From NCBI RefSeq assembly GCF_011386835.1, contig NC_088794.1, positions 122,388,001-122,452,000 of the forward strand: DNA of 64,000 nucleotides, given 5' to 3'. Numbering within the stretch: position 1 is the first letter of the stretch; every line of letters begins with the position of its first letter. This document shows positions 12,539 to 24,961 of this stretch, piece by piece. This DNA comes from Chrysemys picta bellii (taxonomy: Eukaryota). Both the position numbers and the translations under genes were made by a program. The notes under the pieces are model-generated. The model worked only from the letters and a program-made list of their open reading frames with translations. It did no database searches and was not told the origin of the DNA.

Positions 12539-12545
12539 TATAAAA
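12539..12545 (+). promoter_or_regulatory. TATA-like motif upstream of the putative alternative first exon
   Basis: TATAAAA about 55 nt upstream of the ATG at 12601; function is inferred only. Confidence 0.3.
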
Positions 12546-12600
12546 CTGCTAAAAGAAAACCGACTCAACATTAAAGGCAATAAAGAGTATAACTCTGAAA

Positions 12601-13012
12601 ATGTCAGCAAAATATTTAGCTTTTCCTACATCAAAGGGCAGTGCCAGAGCAACAAGTTAAACACCTCACCTGGGCTAACTGAAAGAGAAGCTGCTGTGTG
12701 ACACTCTGATGCACCTGAGGATTCAATTACTGTTTTAAGCATGTTGGAAAAAATATCCAAAGATCTTGCTAAAATTAAGGGAATAAAAGAAATTATTCTA
12801 ACAGCTCAGTCAGATATTTCTGCCCTGAATGCCTTGATAGCAAAGAATGAAGCTGAAATTTCTGCTTTAGAGATTTCAATAAATGAATATGCAGCCTCAG
12901 CAAGTGCATGTGACAGGCAGTTTGAAGTGTTCTTACCGAAACCTAATGGGTTTTGAAAGCCATGTGACAGGCATTAATAAAATAATTTTCACCTTTGGAA
13001 ACACTGACAAAG
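12601..13012 (+). pseudogene. ZC3H14: Degenerate homologue of the alternative first exon of the short ZC3H14 isoform (coiled-coil ORF 12741-12956; donor after 13012)
   Basis: MLEKISKDLAKIKGIKEIILTAQ...KNEAEISALEISINEY...CDRQFE and, in another frame, KIIFTFGNTDK-G|gtaatc resemble the recalled human short-isoform N-terminus; the phase-1 donor matches exon 10; stops and frameshifts break the ORF. Confidence 0.75.
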
Positions 13013-13691
13013 GTAATCCCATTTAAAAAAAAAGGTTTTGGCAGTAAAACCTGCTGGCACTATTGAGCTCTTCTGCTTACCTTCCAGTTAGTTGTGGGAA
13101 GGGCTCATAAATCATTCACTCTCCATCCAGCTTGGATCAAAAACATAAACCTGTTATAATTATATTTTTTGAGATTCGATGCTAGAATTGTGAGAACCCA
13201 AAGGAAGCACAAAAAATCATTTTTATATCGTGTATATACCCAAACTATATAATTTATCTTTCTAGACTTAAAGTTGGCCAAAAAAATAGTCTTCCCTTGG
13301 AAGACCCTTCTCCAGTCTAAATTAGCAATAATGACCAATGTGGGCATTTCATGGCTATTAATGAACCCTGGCAAGAGTTGAGGGCCCAAGGTAAGTCTTT
13401 GTTGGTTTACCCCTTCAGAATTTTGGGTATCTTCATCCCTAGGTTTTCCAAGATCTTTGATACAACCTTTAACAGTGGGATGATTACCTCCATTTTCTCG
13501 AAGAGGGTCACTTAGAATTAGCCTGTAGTTGCTCATTATCTACTCTTCATGTAACTGCACTCATGTGTGCTGCTTTCATGGCTAAGAAACTAATCCTGGC
13601 AAAATCTTAGATAACATACAACATAAATAAGTGATTGGAGTAATAAAAGACCTAATCCTGCATTGGGTTCCACATGGGCCAGGGTCTTGAA

Positions 13692-14026
13692 CAGGGATCG
13701 GCAACCTTTGGCACGCGGCTCACCAGGGTAAGCACCCTGGCGGGCTGGGCCGGTTTGTTTACTTGCTGTGTCCGCATGTTCGGCTGATCGCGCCTCCCAC
13801 TGGCCGCGATTCGCCGCTCCAGGCCAATGGGGGCTCAGGGAAGTGGCGGCCAGCACATTCCTCGGCCCGCGCCGCTTCCCGCAGCCCCCATTGGCCTGGG
13901 ACAGTGAACCGTGGCCAGTGGAAGCCGCGATCGGCTGAACCTGCGGACGCAGCAGGTAAACAAACTGGCCCGGCCTGCCAGGGTGCTTACCCTGGTGAGC
14001 CGTGTGCCAAAGGTTGCCGATCCCTG
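13692..14026. mobile_element. Palindromic hAT MITE
   Basis: TIRs CAGGGATCGGCAACCTTTGGCAC / GTGCCAAAGGTTGCCGATCCCTG with long inverted arms; TSD GTCTTGAA/GTCTTGAG. Confidence 0.92.
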
Positions 14027-15365
14027 GTCTTGAGCAACATGTGCTCTTATGTCTTTGAACCAAATGAGTTGAATATAAATTATATCTACTAGTAAACATC
14101 TTTCTTCCTCCTTCTTTTTCTAAAATCTGTATTTCATAATATTAGCATCTATTCAAAATTAAGAAGTAATTGAGATGAAAATAGTTTAAAAAAATCCAAT
14201 AAATGTCAGTTGTGTTAAAGGAGCACCATCAATTTAATAATCACACTGAAACTTTGTTACTTGCTGTTGCTAGAAAAACACCTACGATTATTATATTTGA
14301 TAGCGATTAGAGGAAACGAATTGTTTTTCTCTCTTTGTTAATGTTTTCTTTGTGCATTTGAGAGCTTTTTTTCTTATAGTCAGGTTCGTTGTTTCTCCTG
14401 TGTATATGTAGTAAGTCTGTTGTGCCTACTGTTTGTGTGTCTTTCATATAGCAACCAGGGAGAGAAAAACATTTAAAGAGAAAAGCTGTCAGGGAGACTT
14501 GGGTGTAGGACATTCAGTTGTTTTCATGTTGTGAAACTGACCAGATTTCAAGTTGACAGGGGGTCTCTGTCTCCTGGGGATTCTAAATATGGCATTCTGC
14601 TTTGGGGTAGATCTGCATCTTCACCAGTGACCCAATGGAATTGCATGTACACTCCAAACTTAAAGGGATTTTCCCAATATTATACCAACCAAAGTGAAGT
14701 TCACTGAACATTTATTATCGCTTCATGTTAATTCTTTTTGCTCAGTTAGCCACTGATCCTGCAAACAAACATGACTTTGCTACTGTAAGTGGTCCCTGTG
14801 AGTGTTTGCAGGATTGGGGTCTTAACCACTTGCTACTGCAACATAAACTTTTTTGAGGAACCCTCATTGCTCACTATTTTCTGTGCATCTTTGCTATAAA
14901 CAAACCTGGTCATGTGTGTGACACTGGGGAAATGGAGTGTGTCCCAGTGCGAAATGTTCAGGGAGGAATTCTTGGTTTTTAAAAAAGAAATTAAGGTAAT
15001 GTAGAAACAGCATAAATAAAGCACATCAAATATCTAGATTAAATTAAAGGATAAAATGGATTTGAGTGGGATCTCTGTCAAGTTGGCTCAACTTCATTGT
15101 CTGGGGGTAACAATTTCCTGTTAAAATTAATCATTGTTTTTTCAATCCCTTGTTTTTGATTTTATTTTTTTATCTAGCCACGTTAGTCTATAGCATTTAA
15201 TGCTGGCAGATTACTTCAGAATAGGAATGAGTTTGAATAGTTAATTTATAATGTATAGGAAAACTTTTCCTGTATCTGTATATGAGATGGTTTCGTGTTT
15301 ATAAACTAAATGTTGGGGGTTTTAAATGGAAATGACTGCTTAGGAACACTATCAACCTATTGTAA

Positions 15366-15630
15366 GGGCCGGTTTACACTAGGTACTTACATCTCTCAGG
15401 GGTGTGACAATCCACACTCTTGAGAGATGTAGCTATACCAACCTATCCCCTTGTGTATACAGCACTACCTTGTCAGAAGAATTCTTCCGTTGACCTAGCT
15501 ACCACTTCTCGGGGATGTGGATTACCTATGCTGACAGGAGAAACCCTCCCGTCAGCGTACGCAGTGTCTCCACTGAAGTGCTATAGCAGTGCAACTGTAC
15601 AGATGTAGCATTTTAAGTGTAGACGTGCGC
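15366..15630. mobile_element. PIF/Harbinger MITE
   Basis: Degenerate TIRs GGGCCGGTTTACACT / AGTGTAGACGTGCGC; TAA on both sides. Confidence 0.75.
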
Positions 15631-16157
15631 TAATTTTTCCAAACGTTAACAATAAATCTAATGCAGAAGAATGTTCTAACCTCATTTGTCTAGCAACTTT
15701 AAAGCATAAAGTAGCCTCTGTTTTAGTTAGTTCCTTGCATTTGAGTGTGCCTGAGAGGAGGCAGCTGGAAATGGGGATACCTGCTGTACTACTCAAAATA
15801 TAGATAATCCCTGTAAAAATAAGGGATGAAGGTGCAAGCAGAACTGATCTTTATAGTACTGTTTCTCCCAGAAGACTATGCATCCACAAACATAATCCAT
15901 GCAGTCACAACAATGGGAAAGATTGGGCTCTCTAAACACCTGGATTTTGGTGTGATCTTGTCCTGCTGGAAGAAATGTTTTATTGCTATATGTTTTGGAA
16001 CATTTGAGATGGAGAAATAAAAACACAGAAATGAAAATTTCTTCCTCTGTTAGTTTTGATTTTTTTTTAAGATCAGAAAGAAAGGAGAGTTAGCAGTTGG
16101 GTCCTCTTTTAATTTTGACATGCAGTAAAATGTGCTTCTAATCCATATTTTCTTTAG

Positions 16158-16232
16158 GAACTCAACAAATGCAGCTCTTTTCCCGACTCCAGACTGAACC
16201 GTTAATTGAAGAAACTTTGCAAATGACTCAAG
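16158..16232 (+). CDS. ZC3H14: ZC3H14 exon 10 (GTQQMQLFSRLQTEPLIEETLQMTQ)
   Basis: tttag|GA...CAAG|gttaag, 75 bp, symmetric phase 1. Confidence 0.92.
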
Positions 16233-16684
16233 GTTAAGGATGGCTTTTCTTTTTTTCTTTTTGAAAATGTGATAGTTTGACCAAAGAGGCCATTGTATTT
16301 TAGGTTTAAAATAGCACTTCCCTTTAAATTAGTTATATTTGTAATGTCCTCTAGTTTTTATACGTTAAGTAAAATCTTTCCATCAGTGGGTGCCAAAAAT
16401 GAGATATTGGTGAATAGAGCCAGCTGCTGCTGCAGAGCCAGCCCGATAACAAACTCCTAGTGATCAGGCCATAGGCTGCTCCACCTTCAGCTGATATAAT
16501 CAGAGTTGGTGCATAAAGAAGGAAGTACACTCATTTTCTGTTTAAAAACTAGTACAGAGAATTGAAAACAAAATGCTAGTTGGTTGGTCTCTTCGAAATT
16601 ATTATTCAAAAACATGACTGTATACTAAAGTGCAATACAGTGGTTCTTTTATTCCAACTTTGATCCAATTTTTCTGTGACTCAG

Positions 16685-16844
16685 ATTATTATGACGTGGA
16701 GAGTGTGGTCCACACTGATACTAGATCATTTATTCTGAAAAAGCCAAAGCTATCTGAGGAAATAGTAGTGCCACAGAACCAGGAATTGGGAAAGAAGGCT
16801 GCAGAGGCAATGCGGGCACTTTCAGGACGTCTTATACAGACAAG
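16685..16844 (+). CDS. ZC3H14: ZC3H14 exon 11 (DYYDVESVVHTDTRSFILKKPK...LIQTR)
   Basis: ctcag|AT...ACAAG|gtaaaa, 160 bp. Confidence 0.95.
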
Positions 16845-17316
16845 GTAAAAATTCAGTCCTTTACTTCATTTAAAGAAGTAACGGGACCAAATATAAGCCA
16901 AGTCTTGTTACTGTAATGTATCTTGTAATTGGTTAGAATGTTTATTTAAATGTAACAGGTTGGAAGAACAAATTCATTTCTTGGTTTCCATGCTGCAGAA
17001 GCCCAATCAAGACTGATGAAAACATGGACAAAAGAGCCTGCAGCCCAGCCCAAACTCGGAAATCCTGACACTCATTTCTTTTAAATTGAAAGTGTGTCCC
17101 AGGCTTGTGGTTAGAGCAATTTTTTCATTTACCAGGAAAATAGAAAAAGGAATTGGATGGCTTGCAGGTATCAGAGGGTGGCCCACTTGTATTGTCATTT
17201 TTATTACAGCTGTTACATCTTGCTGAAATCTAAGCAATAGTTTGCATGGGGTCTTGTTAAGGAGTTTTAATTTTGTTTAACTTTTTTACTCATTATATTT
17301 ATTCTTAGCCCATCAG

Positions 17317-17757
17317 TAAGACTAAGATTTTGTCATGGTTATTTTTAGTAAAAGTCACAGACAGGTCACAGGCAATAAACAAAAATTCACGGAAGCCGTG
17401 ACCTGTCTGTGACTTTTGCTGCTGCGGCTCCATAGTTTCCCCCACCACCGTTGTGGCCGGGAGCTGTGGGGTTCCCCCTCTGCCCACAGCAACTGGAAGC
17501 GGCAGGTGACTATATTTTCCAAAGAGAAAATGGGACACCCCACCCTCCACTCCCCCTTCCTGCGAGGCTGTCGCCCATTGCTGGAACCCTGAGGAGAGTC
17601 CCCTCAGGAGTCTGTCACCTGTCACTGGAACCTTGAAGGGGGCTCTGCTGGCTGCCAGCTTCAGAGTCCCACAGCCCCTGGGGCTGAAGCAGAGAATGTC
17701 ACGGAGGTCTCTGGAAATTACGAATTCCGTGATTTCCATGACATAAACGTAGCCTTA
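17317..17757. mobile_element. Non-autonomous hAT element
   Basis: Ends TAAGACTA.../...TAGCCTTA; perfect 8-bp TSD CCCATCAG at 17309-17316 and 17758-17765. Confidence 0.9.
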
Positions 17758-19231
17758 CCCATCAGACTACATGCTAAACATTTTAAAATGGTCTCTTTGT
17801 TGTATTGATGTCCTCTACCCACCTATCATTTTGAACCATAGATGTGTAGAGAACGGAGGCAAACAGCAAGGTTAATGTTAATTTTAGATGGTAGACGCTA
17901 TTTAAGGAGGACAGCAAGTGAATGTATTCCTGATTGTGTTTGCCTGGGAGTGTGGGTGTAAAACTGAGCTGACCTAACTGGAGCCTCCATACTCAGAAGC
18001 CAGCAAACAGCTATTAAGTAGGTAAATGGTGTGTGGGAGCCCTGCTTTATGGGGGTTTTCCTATAAGGTGTTTAGCTAAGGGAAGCGTGGGACTCATAGC
18101 TGTTGAGAAAGGTCTATGTTGAGTTCACTGGGTCTGCAGAAATCAGTGCCCAGTGGACAGCACTCCTTTTAGTTCATCCTAGTAGGGAGCAGCTCTGGTT
18201 TTGGGGTATGTGTATGTTTTACCTGTTTATATACAAACTTCAGGAGTGGATGTGATGCCATATGATGAATGGCATTTAGCATGTACCTTTCATCACTTCA
18301 CTGGCCCTTAGCCTTCTAGTTCCTCTTTACCAGGGATCTGCTAACATTCCAAACCCCTGAGCAGTTTCTGTGTAAAAAAAGGCAACCTTCCAGAGAAGTG
18401 TTTCCTTTTTTGCTCTCCAAAAGTGAAATGTTGTCACCAAAATTACAGTTACTCAAGGCCCTGGATGGTCATGATTCAGTCCTGTACTAGACAAGTTTAG
18501 CATCCAATATCTCATGACGCTGCAGGGCTGGAAACTGGAGCTTTATACCTTTGGAAAGAGGTGAGTCCTCCCATCCAATGGGACCCTGCTCTGACATCTA
18601 GCCCTAAAAGGTCTTAATATATTGAGCCTTACATTTGTAATGTTTTTAATATATTAAAAACACATTTTAGGCCCTTTATAGACATGTATTCAATTTCAGT
18701 TGCTTCGTTACCCCTTCTAACTATGTAGCATATAAAGAATACATGATGGTGTGGTGATAGATAAAGGCTTTGGTAGCACTTGTTTGGGATGGCTGCATAA
18801 TTCACTTTTGCCTTTGCCACTTGTGAGTAATGCAGCCATCCTAAACTCAAGCTCACCTACTCTTTTCAGACCTCAACATGTATCTTTCACTGTGTCTCTG
18901 AGGGGTATATGCATGTATATTGTACATGAAATAGCTTCTTCCAAGGATTCTGAATGGCATTTAGCTCACTTTTATGCCTCAAAGTTGACTTATTTTAAAC
19001 GGCTTAACTGTGCTCCTTTAGTGACTTTGCACCTATCAATGAGTCTCTGAATTTGTCCTTTTGAGCCAGTGTGCACAGGCTGTAAAATCTACCTGTTGAA
19101 ATTTACTACTCTCTGTAGGTGTAGATTCCTGTTCTTTTTGGTGTGTCAGTGATGCACTAAGGAATGTTGATATTTGAAGACGGTGATTATTGTTGGCCAA
19201 AAAAAAAAAAAAATCAATCCTGGATAGTGAC

Positions 19232-19688
19232 TCATAGACTTTAAGGTCAGAAGGGACCATTATGATCATCTGGTCTGACCCCCTGCATGCTGCAGGCCAT
19301 AAAACCGTCCCTACCCCTTCCCTGGACTCTGCTGCTGAAGTCCCCAATCCTGTTACTAGTGACTTCAATCAGCAGAGACCCTCCTGCTAGAGATCCCTGC
19401 CCCATGCTGCGGAGGAAGGCGAAAAACCTCCAGAGGCTCAGCCAATCTGCCCTGGAGGAAAATTCCTTCCCGACCCCAAATATGGCGATCAGTAAGACCC
19501 CGAGCATATAGGCAAGAGTCTCCATCCTGACCCCTGTCAGCCATTATACTATTTACCTACCATTGCTTGGTTTTCCTTGACTACTATGTTTTACCATTAA
19601 ACCATTCCCTCCATAAACTTATCTAACTTAATCTTAAAACCAGACAGGTCCCTTGCCCCCACCGTTTCCCTCGGAAGGCCGTTCCAAT
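19232..19688 (-). mobile_element. CR1 LINE 3' fragment
   Basis: Starts with the reverse CR1 tail CTCATAGACTTTAAGGTCAGAAGGGACC; long 3' UTR-like sequence; ends ...GGAAGGCCGTTCCA. Confidence 0.85.
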
Positions 19689-19821
19689 GAGATGCGCCTT
19701 GTACTTTGCTCTATGGACTCATTCTTACAGCTCTGTTGGTATCAATACAACTGACTTTACTTTGATTTCTTAGAGTTCAATTCCCTGTGATTTTTACCAT
19801 GTGTTTTCTTCTGTTTTTTAG

Positions 19822-20045
19822 AGAGCAGCTTGCACAACCAGAAAAGCCTGCTAGCCCCAAGTTCATTGTGACACTGGATGGTGTCCCCAGCCCACCAGGG
19901 TACATATCTGATCAAGAAGAGGAGGAAAGCTGTATAACTGAAGGAGTGAAGCCAGTTACCCAAAATGCAGCTGCAAACAAGGGATTAAAAAGCTTTCAAG
20001 CACAGCAGATGCAGGTTATAAGCAGGCAGCTGGAGAGCCCTTATG
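19822..20045 (+). CDS. ZC3H14: ZC3H14 exon 12 (EQLAQPEKPASPKFIVTLDGVPSPPGY...LESPY)
   Basis: tttag|A...TATG|gtaaat, 224 bp. Confidence 0.95.
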
Positions 20046-22156
20046 GTAAATTATCCTAGCCAACAGGGCCTTCATATTGGAGTTAGATTACTTTTTAATG
20101 TGGGGCTTTCATACTGGGGAGAACTCTCAAGCCTACCAGCCTTAAACATCACTCCTTGCATTGTTTTTATATTATTTGTTCAGGGTGTAATGAGAGCACA
20201 AAAGTGAAAGTTCAGCATTTTAAGGGGATAGGGCCGTTTAACCTGCTGACCAAGAGCAGTAGCTGAAATTGTTCTCCACACAGCTTTATATGTCAGTAAA
20301 ATTAGATAAGTCGTTTCTTTTAAACTTCAGTGAACTTTTACTTGTCAGAAAGAGCCATCATTCCCCTTACTTGCTGCATGATTGGCCCCAGGCAGGACAG
20401 TATGTTCTGAGATGCACCTTATTAAATTGTATTGAGCCATTGAAAATGTGCCAGGTTGTGGTGGTAACCATGATCTTTCGGGCCAGATTTGTTCATTTCA
20501 AAAGCTGTTTTTAATGATAAAGACTGTCTTTCAAATTGGTAGAATCTTTCAAAATAGAAGACACTTTACCTATGATCACTGTATGTTTTTCTTAATATCT
20601 CATACATTCAGAATACCCTGCCCAGGAATTTAGAACATCGGCCTCTTTTAAGCTGTTTAGAACTCTGTTTTTGAAATGTTGATTTTGGAATGCAAAGTAA
20701 AACTCACTTTAAAATGTGGAGTTTCCTTTCTCTTGGGCTCCTTAAACACTCGCTGGTTTGAGGTCATGTTTACATTCAGGATTTCCATTTGTAGTACGAG
20801 AATGTCAGTCCCTCAGATAATAACAGTGCATCAACATTTCCTGAATGTGTATATAAGAAACTCAGGGCTAGGTACTATGCTGAGTACCCTCAACTCCATT
20901 CACTGGATCAGGGCCGAAATCAGTGAAATGCCTAGAGGTCTTTTTAAAGGATAGTTTCAGAAAGTTTGCTTAATAGGGAGATTTAGGCACTGATCCTGCA
21001 AATACTTGCTTGCATGCTTAGCTTCATGTGCTGCTTAGTTTGCTTCAGTGGGACTGCTCACAGCACATAAAGCTAAGCAAGGGAGTAAGTTGTAGAATTG
21101 GAGCCAGGATTTGAAGCAGCTTGGAGAAGATAGAGTTTCAGATGGGGCAGTACCACTCAGTTTTGAAGGAAGGTGAATCGGGTCCATAAATGAGGCCAGT
21201 AATGGAATGAGGGTGCAGAAAGATTGCTACTAGTGAGGATGGAGAGGGATATTGGTGTGAATTTTGAATTGCATGTGGATAGTTAAGAACCCAGTGAAGG
21301 TGCCAGAGAATGAGGGATAGGGCAATCCTATTCTGAATCCTCAGAACAGGACAGGGTAGAGATTTAAGAACAACTGAAGAAGGGAATTGCAGGAGGGAAA
21401 CCAAGAAGTGATTAAAGTGCAGTGATTGTATGAAAGTTGCACCTTCTTACTCAACAGTTCAGCTTGCCCTGTTAATAAGGAGTCCTGTCTGCTGAGTGCA
21501 GTGTCAGAAGTAACTTCTTAATGCTGCTTTTTCATGATTGTCTCCCAAAGCCAAAACTATCCATGAGAAAGGGAGGTTTTATTCTGACACATGCATCAAC
21601 AGAACAGTTAGTGAAGTTTCAGTTGCAGAATCTTTTTCTTAGTCCAGTCAGAGTAAGGAAGGATCCAGTTTTTGTTTGCATATCTGGCAGAAAACCATTT
21701 TTTTTACTAGTAAACTGAGCTCATTTGATGATCTGTAAGTCCTTGAAAGATGATAAATATCCAACCCTAGGATGTTTTTAGTAATTTTAAGAAGAAAGTA
21801 AGGATTTAGCAGGGACAGTCTTGTGTAGGTTTCAATGGGCTGGGGTATACACTGCGGAACTATTGAGTGCACAATTATTTTTGATCACTTTGTAATTGAG
21901 AAATTAACCCACTAAATAAAATATTGCAGCTTTCACCAGCTAGCAATCTCCACTCTAGTTAGAGGTTGACTAAACTCTGTGTATGTTCAGGTGATCTGAA
22001 GTCTTGAGAGATTTCAATTTTTGTATAAAAGCTTGTCGTATGTTGGTGAGAAAGCAGTCTGTGCAGGGAACATGCTGAATTTAAAGGGTGGTCTGCTTCA
22101 TAAACCAAACTGCACATGTAATAAAAGACGGTCCCTGTGTCATTTCTCCCCCACAG

Positions 22157-22277
22157 TGGAGATGGAGGAATTGACTGGGCTGCAGAAACAAGAGAAAGTG
22201 CTTGAGCGTTGCAAGTACTGGCCTGCCTGTAAAAATGGAGATGAATGTGCATACCACCACCCCACATTACCATGCAA
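22157..22277 (+). CDS. ZC3H14: ZC3H14 exon 13 (first CCCH finger CKYWPACKNGDECAYHH)
   Basis: cacag|TG...TGCAA|gtaagt, 121 bp. Confidence 0.97.
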
Positions 22278-22590
22278 GTAAGTGCTACAGAACTCGATGA
22301 CATCTGATCTTCTTTGTCCTTCTGGGCTCTAAATGCTGTGTTAGTTATTTCACATCTGTTACTCAATTAACATGTTTCATGGTGGGAGATGGGAGTTGAA
22401 CTTTGCTTTGTAAATGTAACTTCCTCTCCCCTTCTGCTTTCCTCTCTTTCACCATGTGGCAGAATTTAGTGGTATTTACAATCAGCAGAGTCACATCTGA
22501 TCTCCTGCAGGAGAGAGCCTTTTACACTGTGCAGGATGCTGTTTGTCTGAGCTCTTTATAAGAGAGCTGGGAGTGTACTGTACTGTCAGA

Positions 22591-22826
22591 GGCTATGTCT
22601 GCACTAGAGCGCTTACAGCAGCACAGCTACAGCGCTGCTAAGTGCAGACGTTCTCCCGTCGACTTAATTACTGCAGCCCAGATGAGTAGCGGTAGCTATG
22701 TTGACGGGAGAAGCCCTTCTTGAGACATAGCGTGGTCTGTACCGGGGCTTAGATGGGTATAATTGCGTCACTCCCTGAGTGACATAGTTATACCGACATA
22801 AGGCTGTAGTGTAGTAGAGCAAGCCC
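22591..22826. mobile_element. PIF/Harbinger MITE
   Basis: Starts GGCTATGTCTGCACT, ends GTAGAGCAAGCCC; internal similarity to 4884-5179. Confidence 0.75.
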
Positions 22827-23269
22827 AAGATGCCTCAGCTAGGTGTCCCCAGAGGTTTGAGCACAATTGCTCCCATGTATATGGTGGTACAATGCTTTTT
22901 GGCTTAAAAGCAAAGATTTAGAGGAGTTGTCCTGAAGATTTTACTGTGCTATTGACTCTTTTTCAACTGGCAGCGACTGTCCAGAATAGCTCTCTTGCTG
23001 TTGTTCTCCTGGATTGCTGCATGTCAGGCAGGCACTCAGCTTTACTAGCTCCGGTCAGAAGAAGGGAAACTGAACCACATCACAGTGGAACAGGCATGGT
23101 CCACCTAAGAGAATGTACACTGTTGTGGGATTCATTCCACAAGGTGGAATCTTTCTGATACAGGGTTAGCTGACAGATCATCAAGCCCTTGCTTTCCCCA
23201 CCCTCTATCCCACAGTGAGGGAGTGGAGAATAAAATTCACATCTTGATGCTGATTGATTCAATGCATCT

Positions 23270-23320
23270 CTGACCAGATGATCACAATGGTCCCTTCTGG
23301 TCTCGGAATCTATGAATCTG
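23270..23320 (+). mobile_element. Short CR1-type 3' tail
   Basis: GACCAGATGATCACAATGGTCCCTTCTGGTCTCGGAATCTATGAATCT. Confidence 0.6.
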
Positions 23321-24167
23321 TGACTGGGAAAGCAGATTCTCAGTCTGAAATTAATCAAAGGGGACCATAGTACTGTAAAAGAGCATATTCCTTGTATTTG
23401 TACTTAGTACAGTAGATAGAGTGATTCAAGGTTGTATAGTAAGTGCACTTGCTTTATGAATGGTGGTATTCTCTGTGGTTTGCATTACTTTGTCTCACAA
23501 ATGAATGAGATAATATTTTGGAAGGCGTTTATGGCAGCTTCTCATTTCTCCAAAAGGCAATGATACATTGTAACGTATGCCACCCTATACCTCTGAATTT
23601 CTGGTAGACAAACACAAGTGGTTCCACTCCACAATAATTCTGAAAAGAAAATTCACGTGAGATCAGAATACTAGTTCTTTTATCGCCCTCAAACTGAGAT
23701 TGAAAAGGCGACATTGTTGGGTCCAAGTATTCAGTACCCAGTGAAAATGATTCTCCTGGGGCGTGTACAGCTTGTGGTGTTCCTGCAGTGGGAACTCAGA
23801 AGCTGAATCTTAGACATGTTTTGTCTGGTTTGCTTAGCCTTTCAGCTGTGGTTTTAAATCTAACTGCCTTCACTCTGCTGTTTGGGGATATACTGGTGCT
23901 CTTTTTAGATAGCAGGTATTATCAGACTTGGGGTCCATCAGCCTTGATGTTGTCTTGTTGAAAGAGTTCATTTTGAATTACGGCCTTACATCATCTAATC
24001 CTTATTTGGAAATCTCACCTTCTGCAAAATGAATTCACTCTCTTTCTGGGTGCTATGGCTCAGACCGTATCTGATCTGCGGGAACTGTAGTTTGCTCTGG
24101 AGCAGGTGTGCACTAGCTGCTGCATGGAATATGGTTCAAATAACTGGTTTGGGTTTTTTTCCCCCAG

Positions 24168-24304
24168 AGTCTTTCCCAGTTGCAAATTTGCTGATAAATG
24201 CCTGTTTATCCACCCCAACTGTAAATACGATGCAAAGTGTACTAAGCCAGACTGCCCTTACACTCACGCCAGCCGACGAATCCCATTGCCGCCTCCCAAA
24301 CCAG
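24168..24304 (+). CDS. ZC3H14: ZC3H14 exon 14 (CCCH fingers 2-3)
   Basis: cccag|A...CCAG|gtgagc, 137 bp; VFPSCKFADKCLFIHPNCKYDAKCTKPDCPYTH. Confidence 0.97.
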
Positions 24305-24961
24305 GTGAGCACTCTTTGCTATTGCTAGTTTACTGTGAATTTGTGAGGAAGGGAACAGTGCATGTGAGGAATCGAAGCTAACCCACAGAATCTGATTTGA
24401 TGATATCTAAGAGGAAAAAGTTATCTGTATGAAACTCGACATTCCCTTCGCTTTTGTTATCCCCTGGGCATTAAGACTTGAGTTAATATAACTGCAAAAT
24501 CTGTTATGAATGTCAAATCCTTGAGCTCCTCTGTGTAAGTGCTGCATACCAGCAACTCTCATTCACTGCAAAGGGAGTAGCATGGGGCAGAGGTGGTGGC
24601 ACACAGAAATAGCCTATCACTTCTGAATGGATCAGGTAATTAGCCAGTTCTGTAAGAACAAATGTACCTAAACTGTCCACAGATTTAATCTGTATTATAA
24701 CAAGAATGATCTTTTGATGTGAAAACACAAATTAAAGGCTTACGTTTCTGGAAGTCTGCTTTCTGTCTTGTAATTTTACATGATTGTGATCATTTTTATC
24801 TTTCACTCATTAAAACAGATAGACTATCCTTTAGTAAAGAAATGTTAACCTAATTTCTATCAAGTCAACTAAATGCAGATATTTGAGTTGGAATTTGCCC
24901 AAAACATAGGGGTTAAATTCTTACCCCCATAAAAACCAATGTGGTAAGAGAGCCTTTAAAC

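Noticed and set aside
12741-12956. LINE ORF1-type coiled-coil remnant as the explanation for this ORF
   Set aside because: Initially plausible, but the resemblance to the recalled ZC3H14 alternative exon, its position in intron 9 and the phase-matched donor explain it better.
13105-13536. 143-aa ORF on the - strand
   Set aside because: No similarity to a known family, no splice support, AT-rich intronic sequence.
22021-22281. ORF-track entries that extend true exons into introns (also 19787, 24106, 51053, 51433, 55335, 58507, 61301)
   Set aside because: Only the segments bounded by AG/GT are coding; the extensions are read-through into intron.
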